Shown here: positions 41,063 to 53,124 of the stretch, one piece after another
Position numbering within the stretch: position 1 is the first letter of the stretch
Layout of the letters: every line of letters begins with the position of its first letter
Origin: Chrysomallon squamiferum
Lineage: Eukaryota; Animalia; Mollusca
NCBI GenBank assembly: GCA_012295275.1
Contig: CM022673.1
Location: 7,440,001 to 7,504,000 of the forward strand
Reading direction: 5' to 3'
DNA: 64,000 nt
Translations under genes and position numbers: made by a program
The notes under the pieces: generated by a model
Database searches by the model: none
Told to the model about the DNA's origin: nothing
The model's input: the letters and a program-made list of their open reading frames with translations, nothing else

Positions 41063-41916
41063 TATTTTTTAGAAAACAAAATTGTTAAATGATTATAAAA
41101 AGATACTTTTATTTTTTTAGAAAACAAAATTGTTAAATGATTTTAAAAAGACTGGCGACATGTGAAAAAACGAATTCTCTGTTTGTTTCATAATATATAT
41201 TTAACTTCTTATTCATTATGATCTATTTCTTCATGTTATTAATGCCAGAAAATTGTTTACTAAGTAAATATCCGGTGAGTGGGACATCCCACCCTACCTG
41301 TAGATCCACCCTGGACGGAGATAAACCAGACTTACCTATCATAGTACCCACTACAAACAGACTTACCTATCAAAGTACCCACTACAAACAGACTTACCTA
41401 TCATAGTACCCACTACAAACAGACTTACCTATCATAGTACCCACTACAAACAGACTTACCTATCATAGTACCCACTACAAACAGACTTACCTATCATAGT
41501 ACCCACAACAAACAGACTTACCTATCATAGTACCCACTACAAACAGACTTACCTATCATAGTACCCACTACAGACTTACCTATCATAGTACCCACTACAA
41601 ACAGACTTACCTATCATAGTACCCACAACAAACAGACTTACCTATCATAGTACCCACTACAGACTTACCTATCATAGTACCCACTACAAACAGACTTACC
41701 TATCATAGTACCCACTACAAACAGACTTACCTATCATAGTACCCACTACAAACAGACTTACCTATCATAGTACCCACTACAAACAGACTTACCTATCATA
41801 GTACCCACTACAAACGACGTTGCGCTCACCAGTCCTATCTGTCTGAGCAGACGTAGTCCAGTAGACGTTTGATCATCACTGTTTCCAGATGTCGAACGTT
41901 CATTTTCAGAAACCAT
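34994..41916 (-). CDS. SLC7A9: SLC7 heteromeric amino acid transporter light chain, b(0,+)-type amino acid transporter 1-like; 12 coding exons, 1452 nt, 483 aa
   Basis: Minus-strand exons 41916-41793, 40638-40537, 40019-39780, 39252-39127, 38724-38625, 38374-38330, 37851-37728, 37283-37180, 36706-36610, 36265-36116, 35778-35610, 35064-34994. All introns are GT..AG, phases are consistent and there are no internal stops. Motifs: [13 protein letters not shown] (TM1), YVELAS..GGEYAY, DNCGSP (Cys in the position expected for the SLC3 heavy-chain disulfide), FTAAKL, FAYGGWN (TM6), [22 protein letters not shown]. The family call is firm; the symbol is a best guess among SLC7 light chains. Confidence 0.9.
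35610..35778 (-). CDS. SLC7A9: SLC7A9-like coding exon 11
   Basis: [56 protein letters not shown]. Confidence 0.95.
36116..36265 (-). CDS. SLC7A9: SLC7A9-like coding exon 10
   Basis: [50 protein letters not shown]. Confidence 0.93.
36610..36706 (-). CDS. SLC7A9: SLC7A9-like coding exon 9
   Basis: [32 protein letters not shown]. Confidence 0.95.
37180..37283 (-). CDS. SLC7A9: SLC7A9-like coding exon 8
   Basis: [35 protein letters not shown]. Confidence 0.93.
37728..37851 (-). CDS. SLC7A9: SLC7A9-like coding exon 7
   Basis: [41 protein letters not shown]. Confidence 0.95.
38330..38374 (-). CDS. SLC7A9: SLC7A9-like coding exon 6
   Basis: 45-nt exon [15 protein letters not shown]. Confidence 0.93.
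38625..38724 (-). CDS. SLC7A9: SLC7A9-like coding exon 5
   Basis: [34 protein letters not shown]. Confidence 0.95.
39127..39252 (-). CDS. SLC7A9: SLC7A9-like coding exon 4
   Basis: [42 protein letters not shown]. Confidence 0.95.
39780..40019 (-). CDS. SLC7A9: SLC7A9-like coding exon 3
   Basis: [20 protein letters not shown]...[18 protein letters not shown]; ttttcag| ... |gttggt. Confidence 0.93.
39998..40500 (-). repeat. 52-bp minisatellite whose unit is the 3' splice acceptor plus exon start; about 5 well-conserved plus 4-5 decayed copies
   Basis: Plus-strand unit AGTTCCACATACGTGAGCGAGCCTGTAATACATCATGTAAAATTACGTCATA starting at 39998, 40051, 40103, 40155, 40207, 40259, then degenerate at about 40308, 40349, 40401 and beyond. 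Confidence 0.93.
40537..40638 (-). CDS. SLC7A9: SLC7A9-like coding exon 2
   Basis: [35 protein letters not shown], bounded by cag| and |gtaagt. Confidence 0.95.
41327..41815 (-). repeat. 31-bp minisatellite (16 copies) whose unit is the exon end plus 5' splice donor
   Basis: Unit (minus) TTTGTAGTGGGTACTATGATAG|GTAAGTCTG. Plus-strand CTTACC occurs at 41331, 41362, 41393, 41424, 41455, 41486, 41517, 41548, 41575, 41606, 41637, 41664, 41695, 41726, 41757, 41788 (two units are 27 bp). Confidence 0.97.
41793..41916 (-). CDS. SLC7A9: SLC7A9-like coding exon 1 (exon probably begins at acceptor 41935 with a short 5'UTR)
   Basis: ttcag|atcaaaaacagctaactaa ATG GTT TCT...ATG ATA G|gtaagt; in-frame TAA directly before ATG; MVSENERST...[18 protein letters not shown]. 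Confidence 0.9.
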
Positions 41917-42199
41917 TTAGTTAGCTGTTTTTGATCTGAAATATACAGACAGACAGACAGATAGATATATGGATGGATAAGTAGATAGATAGATATGTAG
42001 ATTAAATAGAGAGATACTAGGTGCATAGAGAAAAATGTATACATACATACATACATATATATATATATAGATACGTACATACATGTGTGTGTGTGTGTGT
42101 GTGTGTGTTTTGTGACAATAATGTTATTATATACGTAGTTGTACTAACTACTTAACAATTGGTATAGTCTATATCTATGAAAATTGAGTTTCACACCTT

Positions 42200-42430
42200 T
42201 AAAAGCAAAATGGCCGTAACGTGTTGCATTCTGGGATAGTTGACATAAAGGGCGACTTGGCATGCATCCCGAGCGACAGAAAGCGGCAACTGTACAAGAA
42301 CTATGCAACTGGTTTAAAAATAATAAAAATTAATAACGATTGCCGCAGATTAACTGTTTGAAAATTTGATTATTACTCAAACTATCCATTACGTCGCGAC
42401 ACACGTGTTCTCGCTAGCCGTAACGTATTT
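42200..42430. promoter_or_regulatory. Promoter-like island upstream of SLC7A9-like coding exon 1
   Basis: CpG-richer; AAAATGGCCG (YY1-like, 42207-42216) and GCATTCTGGGA (ZNF143/STAF-like, 42226-42236). Confidence 0.3.
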
Positions 42431-43309
42431 TCTGGCAATATCATTCAAACGAGTTTACTGTCAGTTTTCACTCGTTATTATCACTATTTATACGCAGTAA
42501 TTTTTCACTTGTTCAAAAGAGTGATTGCTATTTCACAAGCTCTATTCCTTACCTTGAATACGCTTGCGCATACATAAATAACCACAGAAGTAAGCACTTG
42601 ATACAGTAGAGTGATAGAAGAGGTACTCACGAATACAAAAATTATTACATACAAGTGAAGGTCATGAAATAAGCGTTATCCGACAGGTGACCGTAACATG
42701 AGACTTCTCCGGTAGCCGAAAAATTCTTTGATATAAAATTTCAGGGCTTTCACACATATGTCACTCGTATTATTAAAACTACACATATAAATAACAACAA
42801 AAAACCTGATACGTTCTCTCATATCGTCTTATAAACCTATAGCACAATATGAGACTAAGTATTTACTATACATATTTTTAAATACGTTGTTATCTAACAG
42901 TGCTAGCACTGTCATAAATAAATAAGAGAGGAGAGAAATGTAATAGAAAGATACAGAGAGAGAAGAGAGAAAGGGAGGAAATCAGAGCGAAAGAGAAAGA
43001 GACAGGCAGCAGACAATATTAACAAAACGTCTTTAATTGGAAGTTACAGTCTATGGCTTTGTATTTTCCATCGTTTTTACTCTCAGCGTATTTGTCTAGC
43101 TAAAAGATGTCACATACCTGCAAATGACAGCGGGGTTGGTGTCCTCAACAGAAAGTTCAAACTGTTTTACTAGAGCGTGTTCGAGTGAACAATAGTCAAG
43201 TAGTGCACATAGGTCTCTCAGCGATTCAAGGATCGTAAATTACTGTATGGTACAATGATAATCCTGGATGTTGTGTATGCTCATGTTTGACTTCGTATCT
43301 AATCGTCTT

Positions 43310-43356
<47 letters not shown>

Positions 43357-43713
43357 CTTTCTTTGTAAATATCTCTCGATGATTTACTTACCTCTTTTTT
43401 TTTTTTATTAGAATATCATGTTTTCTTTCTTTTTTTTTTTTTTTTTTTTTTTTGTTCTTTTTTGTACCTTTACTTATTCCTTCTTCTTTTCCTTCTTTTC
43501 TTACTTTCTTTCCTTTCTCGTTCTTATTTTTTCTTTCTTCATTTACTTTACTTTATTTAGATTAATAATATCATTCATGGTAATACCATTATTATTACTA
43601 CTATTGCTAATACTATTACCGCTACTACTACTATTACTACTACTACTACTACTACTGCTTTAATTATTGTTACTGATTCTGTTGCTGATGTTATTATTTT
43701 TGTTGCTACTGTT

Positions 43714-43751
<38 letters not shown>

Positions 43752-44931
43752 AATGTAAAGTTCTAATACCATCACAATGACAACTCTGTTAGACATATCA
43801 AAGTTAAACCTGAGTTATTTACCAACAAATATCACACACAGGGGACTCTTATGGTGTCGTTTACAACATTACGCGTGACTACACTTGCCTTTATATCGTA
43901 ATGTAAAGCGTTACACACCTCAACATTCAGTATTACATCACCATGCAGCATTTTGAACGTATTCTACATAATGTAATTTAACAATAAGACTATTTTTTTT
44001 TTTTCAGTGTTACAATGAGTTAGTTAGACTTCTGAATTTACAGTCTAAAATAGCCACACACTACATTTACAAGAAAGGTTAAATGTATAGTATTTCCCAG
44101 TGTCTTGTCACAGCAAAATGTTCTATTCAACGAATAATAAAACAGAAAAAAAATGTTGAAATTTAACAACCGTGACGGTCAAGACGTCATGCATTGGATC
44201 TGAGACATGCGCAGTTGTAAGTAAACATTCCAAACGAAAATCAAAGCGATGAAAACAGATTTAGAAAACCGTGCGGAAATAGGAGGATGGATTACAATTT
44301 ACATACAGGCAGTTATTATTTTTATTATCTAGCTGTCTGTTTGGGTATATGTTTATAAATGTGTAAGCCTGTCTGTTTATTTGTGTGGATACCTATAGGA
44401 CTGTTTATCTGCCTGCCTATATGGTCGAATGACTGTAAGCCTGCATATATATGTGTGTGTGTGTGAGTGTGTGTGTATATGATTGTTTGCTTGCCTATAT
44501 GTATATCAGTCTTAATGTATGGGTGTGCCTATTTATTTATCACTTATTTGTTTATATAACTGTATGCCTGCATAAACGCTGGTCTACTTCTCTGTCAGTC
44601 CTCCTATCTATTGGTTTATATGAATGGAAGCCTGCAATATGTTTGTATGCTGCCTGTTTGTTTATAAGACAGTTTGTTAAAAGTTTACATAACTGTATCT
44701 TGCCTGTCTACGTGCCTATGTGACAGTGCGCTTGTTTATAAATTATTTTATTCACGCCTCAGTTCGTTGAATACACAGGCAGCGCAAAATGTCAACAAAG
44801 ACTAAACTAATACTATCCGATGCGAATAATTGTATTTTCCGTAACACCGTTTTCTGATTAAAATTTGTACCAGAAGAGGAAAGAGACGTATAGCTTAGTT
44901 AATAATCGGATAATAACAACAAAAACAAGAG

Positions 44932-44981
<50 letters not shown>

Positions 44982-45151
44982 GTAACAAGAAAAACAACAG
45001 AAAAGAAATGGCTATGAAAAAGGCATTCCTTATCAGTAATTTGAATTAGCTTTCTACAGTCTACAGTACATCTGTTAACGGAGGAGGCAGGGTTGTGGGT
45101 AGAGTCTACTTTCTATTGTTAAATAATCATGCCATAAAACCTCTGATTTCG

Positions 45152-45415
<264 letters not shown>

Positions 45416-45963
45416 ATACATACATACAAACAGTTTTTTGTCACAGATATGGAAGGCACTGTGATGGACTAGCAGATGTTAACATTCTAACCACTGGGCC
45501 ACAGTTCGCTCAACGTTAACAATATTATTATAAGTAAATAAACAAACAATCAAACACAAACACAGTTATATCCGTTCCCTCTCTATGGGCATATTGATTC
45601 ATTCTGAAGAAAATTGGACCGATCTGATAATGTAATTAACTCAGACATTCATGCTTGCAGTATTATTTAATTACATTAAATGGGAAAGTCAACATACCCA
45701 AAGTTGTGATAGTGATAATGCATGTGTAAAAAAATGAGATTTGATAAATATTAATTCCATTAATAGTGCAATTACTATTGCTGCTGCTGTTGGTGCTGCT
45801 GGTACTACTACTACTACAACCAATATTACGACCAACTCCTCCGCTATTACAACTATTACTAATATTACTGCTACTACTACACTTGTACTACTTCTACTAA
45901 TATTACTACTTCTACTATTACTACTAGTACTATTACTCCTCATATTATTACTACTACTACTAC

Positions 45964-46015
<52 letters not shown>

Positions 46016-46413
46016 AACAAACAAACAACAGAAAATTATATTAAAAAAATAATAATAATAAAGTAAAATGAATACAAAGAAGGTATCAATGCACAAACGA
46101 TAACTGAGAAAAGAAACTAATAAATATAAAAATATAGTATATCACAGTATTAGCTTACATTTAAAATTGTTTCACACTAACTGTCTGTATTTTAAATGTT
46201 GTTGTATTAAAGTAACACTTTAATCAAATATATCTGTGTTATTTAATTTACAGTTGACTGTGTGGCTTTGCGTGTGTGTTTGTTTACGCAAAATCAATAT
46301 CTTCATAAGCCCGTGTGTAAATACAAAAACACAAATGCAAATAATATATATTATTAATTTTTTTCACAGTGTAGAAAAATAAATGAGATATAAATTAATT
46401 GATGGAGGGATAT

Positions 46414-46511
<98 letters not shown>

Positions 46512-47333
46512 TAACGAGAGAAGAAACATGGATAGATTCACAGAGAGAATGAAACTGAGAGACTGACAGACAGACAGACAGAGAGAGAGACAATGTATAT
46601 ATAGAACAAAAAAGATAAAAGACAAAAAAAAAAAAATGATAGAGAAAGATATGTATGAAAAAAAAAAAACAGACAAAAAAGTAAAACACTAGTAGCACAA
46701 CACTTTAAAACAGTTTACAGTACGTCTATATTTGATTACAATTATTTGTATCAGTCTTTTCATGAGCCTGATAATATGTATTATTGATAACCGAACAAAC
46801 ATTATATTTGCTTTTATTCGCGCATCGATTGCCATTGTATTGCTGTATTTCACAGAAATAAACGTTCGGCTGTTGTGTCTGTCTTTTTCATTGGCGCTGT
46901 GATTTCTACAATTGTTGTTACGATTTCTATGATTGGTGTTTTGTGTTTTATGATTGGCACTGATTGCGCTGACTGGCGTTTACAATTACTGTTATTGGAA
47001 ACGTGATTTCGGTATACTGCTTTATGATTTAATAATTGGCGAAAACATTACGATAGTATTTTATACTGTTAATATTGCACAGGCGAGCTGGTCTAACAGA
47101 CAATTTTATTAACTGTCTGTTTTCATTGGACAAATTTTTATTCACTCAAATCGTCTGTTATACTCGTTCTTAACCTTTTATTTTTCAGCACTCCTTTTTC
47201 AATAATTTTTAACGGAACAGCCTGTAGGTGACATTTTATAATATGACCGAAGTATGATATTAAACAGTGTTGTACTAGATTTATAAGTTATTAAGATATA
47301 TAGCTTGTATCGTTGTTTAGTGCACTCATTGAG

Positions 47334-47349
47334 TCGCAAGGTGGCGCTG
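47334..47349 (+). promoter_or_regulatory. Putative CTCF site
   Basis: TCGCAAGGTGGCGCTG resembles the CTCF core. Confidence 0.45.
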
Positions 47350-47722
47350 ACGCCTGAGGTTGAGAATCACTGAATTGTTTTAAGCGGCAACTGTCTTAAA
47401 AAGCCATCTTATAAATAATTTTGGTTTCAGTATTATTTTATATCATTATTATTGTAGGCATTTTAAAGCAGTTTAATAATAAAGCCCGAGCCAGAGTAAG
47501 AATTACTTCGCACTTCTTTTTTGTGGTATTTCCTGTTCCAACATGCGCTCCAGCTCGGTATAACAAATCTATTTACTATTAACATCTTCTTTTGGCTAAT
47601 TAATAAGAGCAGCCCTTGGAAATGTATCATCAGAATTTTCAAGAAAAACACTGATTAAGAAAACACTTAACGGCACCTCTGCAGATATTTCTTCTAAATG
47701 TTGTCAGGTATCAAATATACTT

Positions 47723-47759
<37 letters not shown>

Positions 47760-49011
47760 ATTATCACCGTCATCATCACCACCACCATCATCATCATCAT
47801 CATATTTTTTTCAAAAAGTATTTTTTGCTGTCGGTACTTTGTTAGATGCAGTTATCAGCAGCAAGACGTGTTTATGTCATCTGTCCACAGACACGAAAAC
47901 GAGTGTCACAGAATAACAACCCGCTAGAACATGACTACTGCAGAAGCTAACTGCTGATGTCACATGATGAAATACGTTCAGTATCAGCGACTCAGTCAGT
48001 TTATCGAGAGCAAATATACCAGTTTATTTCGAATACAGACAGCAGTAATATAATTCTGAATCGTTCGAATATGACATAACTAAGAATGAAAATGATTTTA
48101 TTCAACAATGTACTCGAGATCTTTAATCTATTGTTGTGTGTCATATTACGTGTGATTAGAGTTGATATCATCTGTTGACATTTGATTTGCTGTTTTATTT
48201 CGATTAGCAAAGAGAGTTCTTATATAGAAAGTAAGGTTCACGTAACGGCTTTTTAATACACCAGCTATGAAATAAACACTGATGGAAGAAAACAAACAAA
48301 CAAAATAAATAAATAAATAAATAAACGATGATGAAGATGATGATGATGATGATGATGATGATAATAATAATAAAAAGCAAACAAACAAAAAAATAAATAA
48401 ATACTGATTTCAGACTGATAATATAATTAATCATATATCTTATTTGTCATACTAAGAATGAGCTGCTTGTAATAGTTAATTAAATAATATTTTCATTGTT
48501 TTTTTTTTTTCTAATAAAAAAAAAAGACAAGAAAAAGAAGTAAAAAAAAAGTAACAGAAAAAAAGAAATTAATGATCATTAATCTGTCGTTAATGGAAAC
48601 AAATTAATTCATAATTTTGTCTTAATTACTAACAAAAAATATAATGGTTATTTTTATTCGCTTCTAACGCATGAATCGATAAGCAGAAGTTGTTGTTCAT
48701 TAGAGAATAATAGTAATAATATAATTACTGGTAAAATTAAAACACTGGGCCATAGGGGATACATTAAAATCAAAGTCATGCTGGTCGCTAATATTAATCA
48801 GTTATGAACAGCCATCCTATTTTATCTTTATAACGAACCAGCAGTCCTTTAAAGCAGAGCGAAAATAAGACAGATTGGTTTTTAGTAAAATAACTGTGCG
48901 TAAATGGATATGTAAATATGCTTTCGATTTTAAAGATTTTTTTTTTTCTTTCTATTTCGTTCTGTTTCACGGCCTCTAACTTACGTTTTGAGTAATACAG
49001 CCTTGTCTTCT

Positions 49012-49298
<287 letters not shown>

Positions 49299-50240
49299 CT
49301 GACTATCTGTCTTTTGTCTATATTTGATATATAATATTGTTATTGTTATCGTTTTTTTTATCAATTTTTTCTGCATCTTTTTTCTAATTCTATGTTTCAA
49401 TATATTTTTACATACATAAAAATACAAATAAATAGAGAGAGAGAAAGAGAGTCTGGAGAAATTCGAATTGTGAAAAGCATTAATTAATGATGTTGCACAT
49501 TTTGTATATGTATTTTTCTTATGGATTTTAATGCATTCACTTATACGTAATTGTTCTTTCCTTTTTACATAACGACTCTTTTCAGACACATTTGTACGTT
49601 ATCGCATACTTTCTAAACCATAGCATGTCGCACATTGTCATAAACGAACGCAATATTAGCAGCTTATTATTTATTTATTTATTTTCCTTTTAAAAGCTGT
49701 TGTGTGTAACAACGTACATCACGTAATAATCGAATCTAGAAAGAATTATGCTAACAAAGAACATATGACTGGAGTGTTCTCCGACAATTTTATTTACTAT
49801 TATATAATTTCAAAAAAAAAAATAATAATAATTAAAATAGAGTTCTCAAGTACATATTGCTCATTTTGGTCTGTTAAATTTAAAACGCAGAAATGCAATG
49901 CGCAAAAAGATAAAGAAAATCGGGTTTGAATGAACAAATGAAGTATTGAATGGAAGGTGCAAGATGGCTTTTTTTTCTGATCGCGTGATTTATAAGGAAC
50001 TGAAAAAACAACACATACATACGTACATATATATACATATATATATTATTTTTATTATTATTAGTTTATACCAAGTATTAAACGCATTGTAGTGCGAGTT
50101 GTTTTCATTTAAACTAATTAAAGAGTTTACTATAAAAAAAGAATATATGTATGTTTGTATGTATGTTTATATGTATGTATATGTGTGAGGGTATGTATGT
50201 ATGTATATAATATATATGTATATGTATATGTATGTATGTA

Positions 50241-50290
<50 letters not shown>

Positions 50291-50831
50291 CATATACGTA
50301 CAAAACTTCATGCTCGTTACATATAGTCCGTTTACAGTATTAAATAATATTTGCATTTTATATCATAACATTTTCAACTGTAAACATTAATATCAAAACG
50401 AACTGATATCAATCTAAAATTTTAAATATTAAATTTTTAAAGTAAATCAAACATATCGAGTTCCATTTTCACACAGGTACCTTTATTCATATTTAATGAG
50501 AAATACTAATACTAATATAGGGAAAGAATCCATTCATCAAACACTAGTAAGCCGATTTAATTCAAACTCATTTTTCAGAATAAATATTTTACATTTTGTC
50601 TTTTGAAAACCAAACCCGTGATCTTTCATAAAAGTCCCAAGAGGACACCATCTAATTTTTTTTTTTAAAAAAAAAAAAGGTTCTCAGTAATATCTTTGAT
50701 TTTTTCTCCAAACTTCAGTGGCATTGAATTAAATATCCGTAATATAATAATAGTTTGATATTGGTTACTTTGTAAAGATTAGTAAAGATTATATATGCAT
50801 GCTTATGTCGAAGGTATTGTATGAATATTAG

Positions 50832-50884
<53 letters not shown>

Positions 50885-51639
50885 ATTAATTTAGGCGTAT
50901 GTTTGTGAGCATATTTAAATAAAAGTAAATATAATATTGAAAATCAACAGTAAATAAATAAATAAATATTTAAATAAATAAACATGTAAAAACCAACATT
51001 TCAAATAAACCAAAGAGAACCCAAGCCTCTTCAAAATACTGCCACAAGTTTCATTTCGGACAGTGAACTACTATCACTAACTAGAAATTCATTTGAACGC
51101 CAAGTTAACAAAATTATTTTCTCCCCGATACGGATTCTGTGGAGGGCGTGTTAAAGTCAAGGAATCTGTCAGCTTCGCAAATTAGCAGCAGAATTAGAAA
51201 ATTAAAATGTCGCTGTAACGTTTCTCTCAAAGGCGTCAAGTTTTTGAAACAAACCATTCGTAAATATTTTTTTTCTCCTTCCGAAGATGAAACTGGCAGT
51301 GAAATGATAGTTGACAGAGTCAGTGTTGTTACACGTACATGTGCTTTGCGAGTTAATTTTCTCTGAAATCTGGTACACAAACACACCAAGGAAAAGAAAA
51401 CGCACTGCTATAGTAATTATTATGATAGTGATCGTGGCAGTAGTAATTATAGTAATAATAATAGTAGTAGCTGTAGCAGTAGTGTTGTAGTGGCAGAGGT
51501 AGTAGTATTGACGGTAGTGGAAACAAAAGTTGTTGTAGAAATAGCAGTAGCAGTAGTAGCGGTAAGAGTAAGTATGAATTAGGTATTGGTAGGAAGAGGG
51601 TAGTAGCAGTAGTAGTATTGATGATAATGGTAATAACAG

Positions 51640-51645
51640 TAGTAC

Positions 51646-51683
<38 letters not shown>

Positions 51684-51684
51684 C

Positions 51685-51742
<58 letters not shown>
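51640..51742. repeat. (GTA)n microsatellite
   Basis: Direct reading. Confidence 0.9.
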
Positions 51743-51743
<1 letters not shown>

Positions 51744-51851
51744 AAAGAAGTAACAACCGTTGTGGAAACAGAAGTAGTGGTAGAAATAGCTGTATTAGTA
51801 TAGTAGGTTTATTGACAGTAACAGTAGCAATAACAGAAATATGAATAGTGG

Positions 51852-52118
51852 TAGCGATAGAAAAGATTATGGTTAGTCTAATTATGAAATAACTTTTTAT
51901 TAATAATGAAATAAAGAAATGTGTAACATAATTATATTTAGATTTATTTTTCACATCGTGCAGATAGATGTAATATGTAAATTAATAAAATATGAATAAT
52001 AATAATAGCGATAGATAAAATTGTGGTTAGTCTAATTATGAAAACATAATTTTTTATTAATAATAAAATAAATAATAATAAAATAATGTAACATAATTAT
52101 ATTTAGATTTATTTTTCA
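51852..52118. repeat. Local tandem duplication of ~100-110 bp
   Basis: TAGCGATAG...GGTTAGTCTAATTATGAAA...TGTAACATAATTATATTTAGATTTATTTTTCA at 51852 and 52006. Confidence 0.85.
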
Positions 52119-52152
52119 TAATCGTTCAGACAGATAATAATAATAATAATAA

Positions 52153-52200
<48 letters not shown>

Positions 52201-52511
52201 TAATAATAATAATAATAATAATGATAATAATAATAATAATATGAAATATGGTCAGAATCTGGCTCGCAAAGATAATAATCCCAGTCCGCGTCAAAGGCAT
52301 ATTCACACTGCAGTTGATCCTGCCCTACAGGCAACTAATGCCTAATCTTTTAAAGGCATGACAAACATTTCGTACTTTCCGAATTAGCAGAGATGTAGTT
52401 TCTGTGTCCAAATAGTACCCAAGGTAATTACTGCATATTTATAAATCTTTTTTTTTTTTTTTTTTTTTAAAAATTTATATTATTTATTTATTTTTATTAT
52501 TATTTTTTTTT

Positions 52512-52548
<37 letters not shown>

Positions 52549-53109
52549 GTTTATTAAAGAAAAATAATGCTTAATTAAAAGTATATTTTTGAAATATGAC
52601 TTCTGTTTTAAAAAACATTTTGAGTAAATGTTTATTGGATGTAATTTTGTAAAATCTTCTTCAGTCCTACAGAAAATTTAAAAAATGTATTTGTTTATAA
52701 TGGAATCCTTTTTTTTTTTTTAATAACTGTACTGCTCTTACATAGATATTTAATAATCCGATTTAATTTGTAGATAGTACAAGTGATAAATCTAATAGAC
52801 AAGAAAAATGTTCGACCCAATGATTAGAATCGATCCCAAAACCTATTAGACAGCCGATCGATATTTTTGACAACTTTAAGTGATCCTGTTTTCCAACCCA
52901 AATACTTGTTCAGTCTCTGATTTCACATTTCACAAACAAGGTTGCAATGTTTAAACCGTGCATGATCGATAATATTATGTTCAGAGCACGCAGACGTGAA
53001 AGCGGCAGAAACTCACATGTGGAAAGCGCGCCAACATTGTCGAATCCGTCTGCAAGTGGCGCTGTGAGGCAGACGACAACGCACGCGCTTACCTTTGGGC
53101 TTTAAAAAG

Positions 53110-53124
53110 GCGCTACCTGGCGGC
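53110..53124 (-). promoter_or_regulatory. Putative CTCF site within a CpG-rich island (52980-53295)
   Basis: Minus strand GCCGCCAGGTAGCGC. Confidence 0.4.

Noticed and set aside
41295-41321. Short matches to miR-10 (TACCTGTAGATCC) and miR-184 (TGGACGGAGA) 5' ends
   Set aside because: Only 10-13 nt with mismatched remainder; chance similarity.
41327-41815. CRISPR-like array (31-bp repeats)
   Set aside because: No unique spacers and no cas genes; eukaryotic intron context; the unit derives from the exon-intron junction.
41835-42080. 81-aa minus-strand ORF overlapping SLC7 coding exon 1
   Set aside because: Wrong frame relative to the conserved transporter peptide, and largely simple-repeat derived.
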